In this document: positions 44,182 through 53,808 of the stretch, piece after piece
Layout of the letters: every line of letters starts with the position of its first letter
Position numbering within the stretch: position 1 is the stretch's first letter
IMG/VR virus record: IMGVR_UViG_3300033066_002031
Coordinates: 3,864-67,863 of that record
DNA length: 64,000 nt
From: a virus
Taxonomy: Duplodnaviria; Caudoviricetes
Strand: one strand, 5' to 3'
Notes under the pieces: model-generated
Told to the model about the DNA's origin: nothing
What the model saw: the letters and a program-made list of their open reading frames with translations, nothing else
The model's database searches: none
Translations under genes and position numbers: made by a program

Positions 44182-47089
44182 TTCTTCCTATGAAGCAGTC
44201 GTAGTTGATGGCGTTGATCCAGGCGTCTACGAACCCATGAGCCTTGCCGACGGGATTAGTCTTCTGGGGCTGCCAGTATTTCAATTGCCTCCCGCGACGC
44301 AGCATCGCCATGACGTAGTCGCCCTGAAGCGGCAGCTTGGCGTGGTTGTATTTCCGCTCGAAAAGCTTGCCGAGGAGGCGGCATTGCTCGGCGCCGGGCG
44401 CGTAGAGCTTGACGATGAACGGCTGCATTTCGATGCGGTATTCGGTGCAGCTTTGGAAAAGCTCCGTCGCCGTATCCGGGTTCACGACGATGTACGGCAT
44501 GACCGTAGCCGACGGGGCGAACCCCAGCCAGAGCCCCCCTGGGAACGACGGCGACAAGCCGCTGCTCAGGAACCAGGCGTGGATGGCGCCCCAGATGTCG
44601 GCGAGTTCTGGGGTCGTCGTGACGCTCGAATATTCCGCCAATGCGGCGGCGTCGGCAGCCGATATCGGGATATATTGGAAGACGCTCGCCGTTTCCGCAG
44701 CGTGGACGCCTTCGACCCCGACCATCGTCAGCGACAATGTAGCCGATTCGGATACTCCGATGCGTTCCCTGACCGTCGTCGCCAGCGTCAGCGTCGACCC
44801 CGACTCGGCGGCGGTGAACGACTCGATCGACGACATGCTCCAGACGACGAACGCCGACTCGACGAAAGCCGTCCTGACGTGCTGCACAGCCGGCGCATAC
44901 ACGTTCGGCGCGAAGAGCCTGGGGACGAAGGTCATCTTGTTGAATGGACCGCAGGAGGCGTCGCGGTCCCTAGCCAGGTCGTCGTGCCCCGACAACGCCC
45001 ATGCCGTCGACCCGGCTTCGGAGGCGTGCGTCGTCTCGTGGACGACCGCAGTCTTAGCCAGCGAGGACGATTCGGACAGCGAAGCCGCATCCGATTGCGT
45101 CCAGGCGAACACGACGGACGCCTGGTCGGACGCCGTCGCCACGCTGGAGATCGTCACGGATCTGGAGGCGGCTGACTGCTCAGAGCCCCCGAACAGGTCG
45201 ACCGCAAAGAAGCCGAGGCTCCTCGCCGTCTCTGCCAGGGCGACGGAGTCGGCGCCGGTGATCAGCTTCAGAACCGACGCCGCTTCGGCAGCCGCGATCG
45301 ATTGAGATACTGTGGACGACTTGACAATCGCCGACGTTTCATTGAACGACGCGAATTGACCCGTGGATCGATAGAAGGCGGATATCGAATCCGTGGCGTG
45401 GAAGGCGTCTCCGGACGCCTGGGTGCGAGATGCGGCGGACGACTCCGCAGCCGTCGCCGTATCCTGAACGATCGTCGTGAGATAAGAGCCTTCGCCGGTC
45501 GAACCGGAATCCGATCCGGCAAGGCTCGTCGACAGAGACCCCGTCGCGTCCGTCGAACCAATGAAGTCGAAAGCGAATGTATTCTTGGGCAGTGCGGATT
45601 CGGATGCCGACGCCGTTTCGGAAGACGCCACGGCGACGTAGAGGTTGCTCGTGTCCGCAGCCGATGCAGAGTCGATTGCGGAGAGCGTCCATTGCAATGC
45701 CGAGGCGTCCACAGCCGTGGACGACTGCGACGTGATCCGTGCCATCGCAGCGGCGTCCGCAGCTACGGCGGAATCGCCGCTGTACAGGATTCTGGCGTAG
45801 GACAGGAGGCTGTCGACAGCCTGTGCGGTGTCGCCGTCCAGGACGATGTAGATGCCGATGTCGGCGAGCGAAGCCGCATCCGAAGACGCGAGCGTCCTGA
45901 GCAGGGACCGGGACTCGGTCGCCAGGATCGCGTCGATCGCTTGTAGAGACAGTGCAACATATGAGGAGTCGGAAACCGATGCGGAATCGGACGCCGAAGC
46001 CGCCGCATAGATGACGGACGATTCGAGGGTGGAAGACGAGTCGGAGACCTGGCTTTGACGCGAGGCGGACGAAGCCTCCGAGACGCCAGCCTGCTCCGTC
46101 GCGTCGTGGGTCTTGGCGAGGGACGAGGATTCGGCGGAGGACGTCGAATCGGAGGCGGAGGCGAATATGACGACCACCGCCGCGTCGACTGCGGAGGACG
46201 ATTCCGATACCTGGCTTTGACGCGAGGCGGACGAGGTTTCCGTGACGCCGCCCGCTTCCGCCGCCGCTTGGTCCTTGGCGATGGAGGACGCTTCGGAAAT
46301 CGCTGCGGATTCGGAGCCTGGGATTGCGAACAGCACCGACGACGATTCAGCCGCCGAAGACGTCTGGGACGAAGGGATCGCCTTGGCGAGCGACGCGACG
46401 TTCTCGCTGCCGCCGAACTGGTCCGAAGATCCTTTGCCGACGTATCCGACTTCGACCGACATGGACGCCGCGTCGTCGCCGGAATAAGCCACGACGTTCA
46501 GCGAGTATTCGCCGTCCACGAAGGAGGCGACGGTGCCGAATACGGACCTGGCGAAGACTTCCGACGGGTACAGCTTTCGCGGGAACACGCCGATCTGGCG
46601 GTATCCGGAGACGTGGACGGCGTCGTAGCCTTGCACGGAACGCGACAACGCATCCCGAGCCTGAGACGCCGTGACGGATTCCGAGCCGACCACGATCCTC
46701 AGCAGAGACGACGTGTCGGACGCCGAAGACGACTCGACGGCTGGCGTGAAATCGCTGGCGACGAAGGCGTCGGCGGATGCGTGGTAGAAGGCGGAGTCGG
46801 AAGTCGCGGCGACCGCGTCGCTGGACGTCAACGACCTCGCGATGGCGGCGACGTCGTCCGCCCCGGCGGCTTCCCCGCGAGTCGCCGACCAGACGGCGGC
46901 GGAAGCGTCGGATGCGGTCGACGACTCCCAGGACAGCGATGCGTCGTCGGTCGTCGCGGCGTCGGAGCCGGACAGCGATGCGTCGATGTGCGAATTGTCG
47001 TATGCGGACGACGAACCGCCGGAAACGACGATTGTAATCGACGCCGAAGACTGGTCGCTCGCCGTTGTGAAATCATTCGACGACGGCAT
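44162..47089 (-). CDS. Ser/Ala-rich low-complexity virion protein fused to a C-terminal tail-completion-like domain (paralog C)
   Basis: About 850 aa of SDSAxxSES-type repeats, then GGLWLGFAPSATVMPYIVV..VKLYAPGAEQCRLL. Confidence 0.6.
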   Translation of the reverse strand: MPSSNDFTTASDQSSASITIVVSGGSSSAYDNSHIDASLSGSDAATTDDASLSWESSTASDASAAVWSATRGEAAGADDVAAIARSLTSSDAVAATSDSAFYHASADAFVASDFTPAVESSSASDTSSLLRIVVGSESVTASQARDALSRSVQGYDAVHVSGYRQIGVFPRKLYPSEVFARSVFGTVASFVDGEYSLNVVAYSGDDAASMSVEVGYVGKGSSDQFGGSENVASLAKAIPSSQTSSAAESSSVLFAIPGSESAAISEASSIAKDQAAAEAGGVTETSSASRQSQVSESSSAVDAAVVVIFASASDSTSSAESSSLAKTHDATEQAGVSEASSASRQSQVSDSSSTLESSVIYAAASASDSASVSDSSYVALSLQAIDAILATESRSLLRTLASSDAASLADIGIYIVLDGDTAQAVDSLLSYARILYSGDSAVAADAAAMARITSQSSTAVDASALQWTLSAIDSASAADTSNLYVAVASSETASASESALPKNTFAFDFIGSTDATGSLSTSLAGSDSGSTGEGSYLTTIVQDTATAAESSAASRTQASGDAFHATDSISAFYRSTGQFASFNETSAIVKSSTVSQSIAAAEAASVLKLITGADSVALAETARSLGFFAVDLFGGSEQSAASRSVTISSVATASDQASVVFAWTQSDAASLSESSSLAKTAVVHETTHASEAGSTAWALSGHDDLARDRDASCGPFNKMTFVPRLFAPNVYAPAVQHVRTAFVESAFVVWSMSSIESFTAAESGSTLTLATTVRERIGVSESATLSLTMVGVEGVHAAETASVFQYIPISAADAAALAEYSSVTTTPELADIWGAIHAWFLSSGLSPSFPGGLWLGFAPSATVMPYIVVNPDTATELFQSCTEYRIEMQPFIVKLYAPGAEQCRLLGKLFERKYNHAKLPLQGDYVMAMLRRGRQLKYWQPQKTNPVGKAHGFVDAWINAINYDCFIGRNEGALY

Positions 47090-47105
47090 TCAGTTGCCCC
47101 GGAAT

Positions 47106-47131
47106 AAAAAAGGCGGCGGTTGTCCGCCGCC
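47106..47131 (-). terminator. Rho-independent terminator
   Basis: Minus strand GGCGGCGG-ACAA-CCGCCGCC-TTTTTT. Confidence 0.8.
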
Positions 47132-47159
47132 CGCGTCGATCCGTTTGGAGATGCAAGGG

Positions 47160-47765
47160 TTAGCTGAGCGTGATCGTCACCGTGAAGGCGGCACTGGTCC
47201 CGCTGCTCTTGGTGCCGTTAGCCTGCACCTTGCGGTTCAGCATCCTGCCGCCGCTCGTGGCGTTGAACACGCCCCACTCAGCCCAGGCGAAGTTGGCGGT
47301 CGAGCCGTTGAACGTCGACTTGAACGTGATCGTGGCGGCGCCCGACGTGGTGGCGTCGGTGTGCTGCGGATAGGTGGCGTCCATCGCGACGCGAGCCTTG
47401 TTGGACGAAGCCTGCAAGTCCGTCTGCGTCGCCGCCTCAGCCGTCGTGGAGTCGCCGACCCCGATGGCGGCGTTGCCGTTGTTGAAGTAGGTCAGGGTCT
47501 GAGCCGACGTGCCGGTGCCGTTACCGATGAGGCACTGCCAGAGGCACGACGCGCCGCCGTACATGAGGAGATTGCCCTCGGATTCGTGGACTTCTTCCGG
47601 CTTGTTTTCGAGGAAGAAACGCTGTTCGCCCCTCTTCTTCCCGTACTTCGCCCGGTAGTCCTCGATGTCGGCGCCGTAGTATTCGACGCGGGTCCTCACC
47701 TTCCAGGAGGCGGGGTCGTGCGAGTCTCGGCACGTCTGCATCTTGTTCGCGTAGTTCTTCTTCAT
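47160..47765 (-). CDS. Virion structural protein
   Basis: GVGDSTTAEAATQTDL..ANFAWAEWGVFNA..GG.MLNR pattern typical of minor virion proteins. Confidence 0.6.
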   Translation of the reverse strand: MKKNYANKMQTCRDSHDPASWKVRTRVEYYGADIEDYRAKYGKKRGEQRFFLENKPEEVHESEGNLLMYGGASCLWQCLIGNGTGTSAQTLTYFNNGNAAIGVGDSTTAEAATQTDLQASSNKARVAMDATYPQHTDATTSGAATITFKSTFNGSTANFAWAEWGVFNATSGGRMLNRKVQANGTKSSGTSAAFTVTITLS

Positions 47766-47783
47766 ACTGATGTTCCTGTATGG

Positions 47784-48083
47784 TTAGATGTCGATACTGT
47801 TTTCCATCGCGTACAACGCCCGGATCATTGGCGATACGGGAGCCACGGTCGACGACCCGAGTTCAACTTCGTACGCGGCTGGGTTGTCGTTAGCCACGAC
47901 GGCTCCGTCGGCGCCGGACGGGATCACGTAGTAGGATTCGGCGTAGTCTTCGACGCCGGAGTCCTTCGCGATCTGGGCGGCGATTTCCGACATGTCTTCC
48001 GACGCCGTACGCAAGGTCTCCTGGGCGAGTTCGTCGACCAAGTCCCGGAATGCCGCGTCGTCGAATGCGAGATAGTCGTCCAT
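47784..48083 (-). CDS. HK97 gp10-like neck protein
   Basis: N..AYEVELGS....P..PMIRA motif; synteny. Confidence 0.6.
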   Translation of the reverse strand: MDDYLAFDDAAFRDLVDELAQETLRTASEDMSEIAAQIAKDSGVEDYAESYYVIPSGADGAVVANDNPAAYEVELGSSTVAPVSPMIRALYAMENSIDI

Positions 48084-48092
48084 CGTTCCTCC

Positions 48093-48434
48093 TCAGGTCG
48101 GAAGCTCTTTCGCCCAAATCTGGGTGAGCCGCCTCCACTCGTCCACGTCCTTGCATCCCCTGACTTCGAAGTATCGGGTCTGACCGCTGGCGTCCACGAA
48201 CTTGATCCGGTCCAGGTCGGTGATCCCCTGGAAGACGTTGGAGTAGACGACGTGCGTGACCTGCATCCCGAGCTTGTCGAAGTTGATGATCTTGTCGCTC
48301 GAAAGCGGCTCGATGCGGCACGGCATGCTCCTGACCCTGGCGGTCCAGGAGTCCACCTTGCCGCCCGACGCATCCTGGGTGACGGTCTTCCGCTCGATGT
48401 CGACCTTGTGAATCATCAGCGAACGTAGCGACAT
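48093..48434 (-). CDS. Head closure/stopper protein
   Basis: KVDIERK...DASGG...W...PCRIEP..DRIKF...YFEV. Confidence 0.75.
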   Translation of the reverse strand: MSLRSLMIHKVDIERKTVTQDASGGKVDSWTARVRSMPCRIEPLSSDKIINFDKLGMQVTHVVYSNVFQGITDLDRIKFVDASGQTRYFEVRGCKDVDEWRRLTQIWAKELPT

Positions 48435-48436
48435 GT

Positions 48437-49726
48437 TCAGTCCCTGAAGTCCCTGTACAGGTTGAGTATCTGGGTCGCGGCTTCGGGGAGACCGGACATG
48501 CCGAGGCTCTGCTTGCGAAGCTGGTATTCGTAGTCGCCGAGCTTCTCCCGCTCGAAGATCCGGCTGGTGTTCGCCTCGTCGAAGAGCTTCTGCACCGACA
48601 GGGCGCAGGCGTATTGGACGGCGTCCGGCACGGTGTCGAAACCCGCGTTGTACATGACCCGGATCGCAGCCGGTCCCCTCAGCACGAACGGGTCGGGGTC
48701 GATGAAGAAGTATGGTCCGAAGTTCTCCAGCGGTCCGTACGTGTCCTCGCCGCCGAAATTGATTTCGCCCGTGTTGGGGTCGAACGTGTACGACGTCGAG
48801 TCCTGGGTGTAGACGTTAAGCTTCGCCTGCCTGCTGTTCGCCGCGTCCAGCGAGCCCTGGGGAGCCCTCAGGTCCACGGCTGGATACTTCCCGAACGGAG
48901 GCGTAGCCGTCGCGACCCATCCGCTGCCGATGCCGTTGATGTACGTAGCCACGTCCTGGATCGTCGGGCACGACGCGAACGGCACGATCACCGGCGAAGA
49001 CACGACGCCAAGGCTGGTCGTCTGGAGCCTGATTCCGGTGCCGACGAGCGGGATGTCCTTCTGGTGAATGCTCTTGCCGCCCATGTATAGCTGGACGCTG
49101 GCTCTCTGAACGGTGCTGGTATTGACGTTCTTGATCGAGAGAGCCGGTCGCGGATTGAGCGACAGGCGGTCGACGCGATTGACCGGGAAGTTGCGCAGCA
49201 CCAAGCTCCCGAACCCGTTGCCGTCGTAAATCTCGTCGTAGTCGCGAGCGATGAAGTGGCGGTTGCAATACTGCTCGATCATGTCGCTTGCGACGGATAT
49301 GAGCCACTGTAGATACGGGATCTGCGAGCTTGAAATGTTCGGCGTCGCGGCGATGGCGTTGTCCAGGGAGATGAGACCCGGCTGGTTAAGCTCGACGCCG
49401 ATCGCTTGATAGACCGGGATGCTGGCGTCGAGGATCACCTTGGGGTCGCCCGAGCCGACCGTGGAAGTCACCGTGACGGAGTACCTTCCGGGGCTCGGCA
49501 GCGTGAGCGTGTTAGCCGCCGATATCGTGATGGTGACGACGCTGTTCGGGATGCTGGTGAGCGACACGGCTGGGTTGCAGTAAGCCGTGCCGATGACGGG
49601 ATTCCACAGCGTGGCGGCGAGCGTCTCGGAGCCGGTGAAAGTGTAATTCGTGCCGTCGGAATTGGTGATCGTAACGGGGTACGAGCATCCAGTACCGATG
49701 AATTGGGGGTCGAGATTGGTTCTCAT
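48437..49726 (-). CDS. Head-tail adaptor (gp6/gp15-like) with extra domains
   Basis: ASDMIEQYCNRHF..YNAGF..VPDAVQYAC..EKLGDYEY. Confidence 0.75.
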   Translation of the reverse strand: MRTNLDPQFIGTGCSYPVTITNSDGTNYTFTGSETLAATLWNPVIGTAYCNPAVSLTSIPNSVVTITISAANTLTLPSPGRYSVTVTSTVGSGDPKVILDASIPVYQAIGVELNQPGLISLDNAIAATPNISSSQIPYLQWLISVASDMIEQYCNRHFIARDYDEIYDGNGFGSLVLRNFPVNRVDRLSLNPRPALSIKNVNTSTVQRASVQLYMGGKSIHQKDIPLVGTGIRLQTTSLGVVSSPVIVPFASCPTIQDVATYINGIGSGWVATATPPFGKYPAVDLRAPQGSLDAANSRQAKLNVYTQDSTSYTFDPNTGEINFGGEDTYGPLENFGPYFFIDPDPFVLRGPAAIRVMYNAGFDTVPDAVQYACALSVQKLFDEANTSRIFEREKLGDYEYQLRKQSLGMSGLPEAATQILNLYRDFRD

Positions 49727-49822
49727 GAAACCTCCGCAGGCACAAATGGAAAGCGGAATGCACCGCTACATCTATAGTAGTGCATTCCGCTTGAGTTATT
49801 CCGTGTCGTCAGGCAGCCGCGA

Positions 49823-50323
49823 TTACGGCTGCGAAGAGGCGATCGGGGAGACCGTCTCCTTGACGGCGGCGATGTTGGCGACGTTCTCGGGGCGCTTGAA
49901 GCGACCGTGAGCGGCGATGACGAGCAAGCCGACGACGGCGTTGCCGGAGCCGCCGACCGTCGCGACGCCCTTGACCCATCGATACTTGTTCAGCACGCTG
50001 GTGCCAGCCGTGGTCTCGGCGGCGACAAGCTGCTCGCTGGAGATTTCGACCAGCGCGATCTTGTTGTCGTCGGCGGCGACGTACTGCGTGATCGCGAAGC
50101 CGCTGACGTCCGTGTAGCTGCCGCCGCTCGTCGCGGAAGCCTGGAGCTTGAAGTCCAGCGTCGTCGAGGCGTCGACGACACCGCCGAGCACGACGAAGAG
50201 CAGACGACCGTAGAGACCCGCGTCGACCGCCGTGGTCGAGACGGTTCCGGCAGCCGTGGAAGCGGGAGCGTTGTAGCTCACGATCGCCAGCGACTGATAC
50301 AGGGGAGTGTTGTAGGTAATCAC
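49823..50323 (-). CDS. Capsid-associated (decoration) protein
   Basis: Directly downstream of MCP; beta-rich. Confidence 0.55.
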   Translation of the reverse strand: MITYNTPLYQSLAIVSYNAPASTAAGTVSTTAVDAGLYGRLLFVVLGGVVDASTTLDFKLQASATSGGSYTDVSGFAITQYVAADDNKIALVEISSEQLVAAETTAGTSVLNKYRWVKGVATVGGSGNAVVGLLVIAAHGRFKRPENVANIAAVKETVSPIASSQP

Positions 50324-50475
50324 TTAATCTTCCTCCGATTGGGAGTTGTTCGAGGACGCGGTTTGCGGCATGGGGAATGGATGGTTCATGCCTGCAACTA
50401 CTGCTTGTGTTTGGCGTCAGCCGCCCCGAGGTTGAAGTCGGGGCGGCTGCATATGACCAATCGCGACGCCAGCGA

Positions 50476-51795
50476 TTAGTTCAGGATGACGAACGGCGAG
50501 ACCTGGGTCGTGCCGTCGCTGTAGGTGAACGGAGCGTCGAGCCAGGGCTGACCGTCGACTCGGTGGATGAATCGCCAGGTGATCTGGTTCGTGTTGAAGC
50601 GGGCGTGCTCGCTGGTCGCGATCTCGATCGACTGGCGGTCGCCGATGAGGTAGTAGCTGAAGTCGACGAGCATGACGTCGCCAGCGGTGCCGAGGGGCGG
50701 AACCTTCTCGGTGAAAATGATCGGGCGCCCGAGAAGCTGCATCGGCATGCTCTGCGTCAGCGGACCGCCGCTGGCAGCCGTCGCAGCCGGGTTCGGCATG
50801 TAGACGACGCGACCGGAGGCGTCGGCAAGCTGGATCAACTGAGGCATGACCGACTGGGACATGATCCAGACAGCCTTCTTCTGCGAGGACGGCAGAAGGG
50901 CAGCCTGCATCTTGGCGGCGTCGACCAGCTTGAAGGTCGTGCTGGTGCCGCGATTGACCGTGAGGGCGGCGGCGCTCGTCGAGACGCCGCGAGGCTTGCC
51001 GACGCCGTTGCCGTTGAGGAACGCATAGTCCTCGTGCCAGCCGATGGCGCGGGCGAAGAGGCGGGTGAGGATCGTGTTCAGACCGAACGCATTGTCCTGG
51101 AGCAGCGTACGGGAGACGTAGCTGACGCCGGAGAGTTCGCGGGCGGTCAGTTCGATCTGCTTGAACGTCGGCTGGGTCTCGGGACGGCTCTGGGCTTCCT
51201 CGACCCAGTAGGCGTTCATGCCGCCGAAGAAGGCGGTTTGCCCAGCGATGGGGATCTCGGTCTGGTCGAGAGCCGGGATCGTGATCTGGCGCGTCGACAT
51301 CGGGACGATTTCCGCGTACGGGCGGACGATCGCCTCCTCGGCGCTGACCTGGAGGATCTGCTGGAGATACTCGGGCGGGACCAGATAGCCGCCGTTGGGA
51401 CCGCTGACGGAGTTCAGCGGACCACCCTTGGTGGCGCCGTAGACCGTGGCGATCTTGTTGTGGTCGCCGAGCAGAACGGAGGCGAAGAAGTCGGGGAAGC
51501 CCTTGGTGCGGTCTTCGCTCGCCGTAACGAGACTGACCCGGTTGCCCACGCCCTTCGTGATCCCCGCCGTCGCCTTCTCAATGGCAACGCCGACGGCGTC
51601 CTGGATCGCCTCGCCGAACTTCGACGAGAACGTGTCCAGAGCTTTGCTGAGAATCTCAGCCTCGGGCTTGTCTCCGCACGGCTCCAGGAAGCCAGCAGCG
51701 ACGAGAGGAGCCGCGTCGGACTCTCCCATCTGGATCTGCTCCCCAGGCTGGTGGTTGGAGAACTCCTTCTTCAGAGTGTACCACTTCATCTTCAC
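50476..51795 (-). CDS. Major capsid protein, HK97 fold
   Basis: GGYLVPPEY..WVEEAQ..P.F.QIEL...FLNGNGVGKPRG..LLGRPIIFTE..DFSYYLIGDR. Confidence 0.95.
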   Translation of the reverse strand: MKMKWYTLKKEFSNHQPGEQIQMGESDAAPLVAAGFLEPCGDKPEAEILSKALDTFSSKFGEAIQDAVGVAIEKATAGITKGVGNRVSLVTASEDRTKGFPDFFASVLLGDHNKIATVYGATKGGPLNSVSGPNGGYLVPPEYLQQILQVSAEEAIVRPYAEIVPMSTRQITIPALDQTEIPIAGQTAFFGGMNAYWVEEAQSRPETQPTFKQIELTARELSGVSYVSRTLLQDNAFGLNTILTRLFARAIGWHEDYAFLNGNGVGKPRGVSTSAAALTVNRGTSTTFKLVDAAKMQAALLPSSQKKAVWIMSQSVMPQLIQLADASGRVVYMPNPAATAASGGPLTQSMPMQLLGRPIIFTEKVPPLGTAGDVMLVDFSYYLIGDRQSIEIATSEHARFNTNQITWRFIHRVDGQPWLDAPFTYSDGTTQVSPFVILN

Positions 51796-52075
51796 GTCCT
51801 TGTGTTTACAGTTGTTTCACGATCTCAACTGCTTCGGTGGCTAACCTCTAAGCCGAACAAAAGCTGCCTACCTGTGGCGAGGATTGATTACCCCGTTGGG
51901 AGGCTCCACTCGTCGACTCTGGCGACTCTGCCGAAGGCGTCCGCTGCTCCGAGGGCTCCAAGCCCCCGGAGTTTGATTTGATGACATCCATCTGTTCATA
52001 TCTTGATGGATTGTCGTACAAACTTATTTGTAGGTCATATTTACGGCGGACGTCGCAAATACGCCTATTTGACGA

Positions 52076-53767
52076 TTAAACCCTGCCGCGACGGCGGTCG
52101 AGTTCGTCGGAAATCATTTTCTCGATCAGAGCCGTGAAGTCGATCGACTCCATGTACTTGACCAGAGCCATCTCGATCTGCTTGCGAGTCCTGAACATGA
52201 TGAGCTTGCAGGCTGGCTTCTCGTCGGCGTCGACGCCCTTCTTCGGAGCGACCTTCTCGTCGTCCGCGTCGTCGTCGTCTTCCTCGTCGTCGCCGTCGTC
52301 TTCCTCGTCGGAAGGCTTCGGCTTGGGCTTGGAAGCCTTGCTGTCGTCGGCGTCGCCGTCGGGCTTGCCGCCCGGCTTGTCGTCCTCGTCGGGCTCCTCG
52401 TGAGGCTTGGCAGCCTTGCCGCACTCGCACTCGTCCTTGGGCTTGCCGCACTCGTCGCAGACCGGCTTGTCGGGTGCCTTCTTGTCGCCGCACTTGCACT
52501 CGTCCATCGGCTTGCCGCACGTCCTGCACTTGCCTTCGTCGGCAGCCTTCTCCTCTTCCGGCTTCTCTTCCTCGACCGGCTCCTCGGCAGCCTTGGGCTC
52601 GGCGGACGGAAGCGTCACGGCGTTGATCTCTTCAGGCGGCGTGTGCTGGACGACGACCGTGCCCTTGGTGGAGTCGGGCTCGACTTCCTTGGCGGCGGGC
52701 TCTTCGACCGGCGTTTCAGCCGCGACGGGCTCTTCGACCGGCGTCGGCTCCGGATCGACCACGGCGTCGACGACGACCGGCTCGGGTTCGACAGCCTTGG
52801 ACTCGGCGACGGCTTCGGCGGATTTGCCGCACTCGCACTCGCCTTTGAGCTTGCCGCACTTGTCGCATCGCTCCTCGGAATCCGCCTTGCCCTTCTCGTC
52901 CTCGGGCTTGACCTCTTCCTCGGACTCCTCTTCCTTCTTCGGCTTCTTGGGCTTGTCCTCGTCGACGAGATAGCCGCCGTCGGGACCGCTGACGGAAGTC
53001 AAAGCCTTGTCGGTCTCGACCTCAGCCGCCTTCTCTTCCTCGACGACTTCGACGGCTTCCTCAACGACTTCGACGACGGCTTCGGCGGCGGTCTCTGCGG
53101 ACTTGGTCGTGGTCTCTTCGGCGGTCGGCTCGTCGAGGTCGCCCGCCTCGAACTTGATGTCGACCGGGACCGACACCAGGATCTTGCGGACTTCGCCCGG
53201 AACCGCCATGCCCTTGGAAACGGCGATGGCGAGGGCTTCGGGATTCGACGGGACCGGCACGGCGCTGTATTCGAGCATCACCGACTCGCGGATGATCGCC
53301 CAGCACCTCTCAAGCTCCGGTCGCTCCTCCATCTCCTTGACCGAAGGCGGCGACGCCGACTTCACGAGGAAGCCGATGGAGAAGGCGTTGAGGAATTTGT
53401 CGCGGTACAGGTTGAACGTCATCTCGCCGAGCGGCGTGTGGTTGAACTCCGTCTTGGCGATGAGTCGGCGTCGGTCCTTCGAGAGCTTGATCCACTGGCA
53501 GCGACCGATCGGCGGCTGCTTGTAGTCGTGAGCCCAGAGGACGACGGGGTTGACGCGGAACTGCGCGAGGTCGACGCCCTTGGGCAGCACGACCTCAAGG
53601 TCTCGGTCGATGGCGTCGGTCGACACCGTCGCGATGACGGCTCGCTCGCCTTCCTTGACCTCCATCGCAGCCTTGAACGACTTCCGGATCGTCGAGCCGA
53701 TCGTCAGCTTCTCGCCGTCGGGACCGACCAACTCGGCTCCGACGGTGTTGATGATGTTTGGTTCCAT
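52076..53767 (-). CDS. HK97-type prohead protease fused to a long acidic scaffold with CxxCGKxxxECxC repeats
   Basis: NPVVLWAHD..PPIGR..AFSIGF..EYSAVPVPSNPEAL; Glu/Lys/Pro-rich tail with 3 Cys repeats. Confidence 0.9.
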   Translation of the reverse strand: MEPNIINTVGAELVGPDGEKLTIGSTIRKSFKAAMEVKEGERAVIATVSTDAIDRDLEVVLPKGVDLAQFRVNPVVLWAHDYKQPPIGRCQWIKLSKDRRRLIAKTEFNHTPLGEMTFNLYRDKFLNAFSIGFLVKSASPPSVKEMEERPELERCWAIIRESVMLEYSAVPVPSNPEALAIAVSKGMAVPGEVRKILVSVPVDIKFEAGDLDEPTAEETTTKSAETAAEAVVEVVEEAVEVVEEEKAAEVETDKALTSVSGPDGGYLVDEDKPKKPKKEEESEEEVKPEDEKGKADSEERCDKCGKLKGECECGKSAEAVAESKAVEPEPVVVDAVVDPEPTPVEEPVAAETPVEEPAAKEVEPDSTKGTVVVQHTPPEEINAVTLPSAEPKAAEEPVEEEKPEEEKAADEGKCRTCGKPMDECKCGDKKAPDKPVCDECGKPKDECECGKAAKPHEEPDEDDKPGGKPDGDADDSKASKPKPKPSDEEDDGDDEEDDDDADDEKVAPKKGVDADEKPACKLIMFRTRKQIEMALVKYMESIDFTALIEKMISDELDRRRGRV

Positions 53768-53808
53768 GCAATACGCCCTCCAAGGCGGTCTAAGATCCGT
53801 GATTCAAT

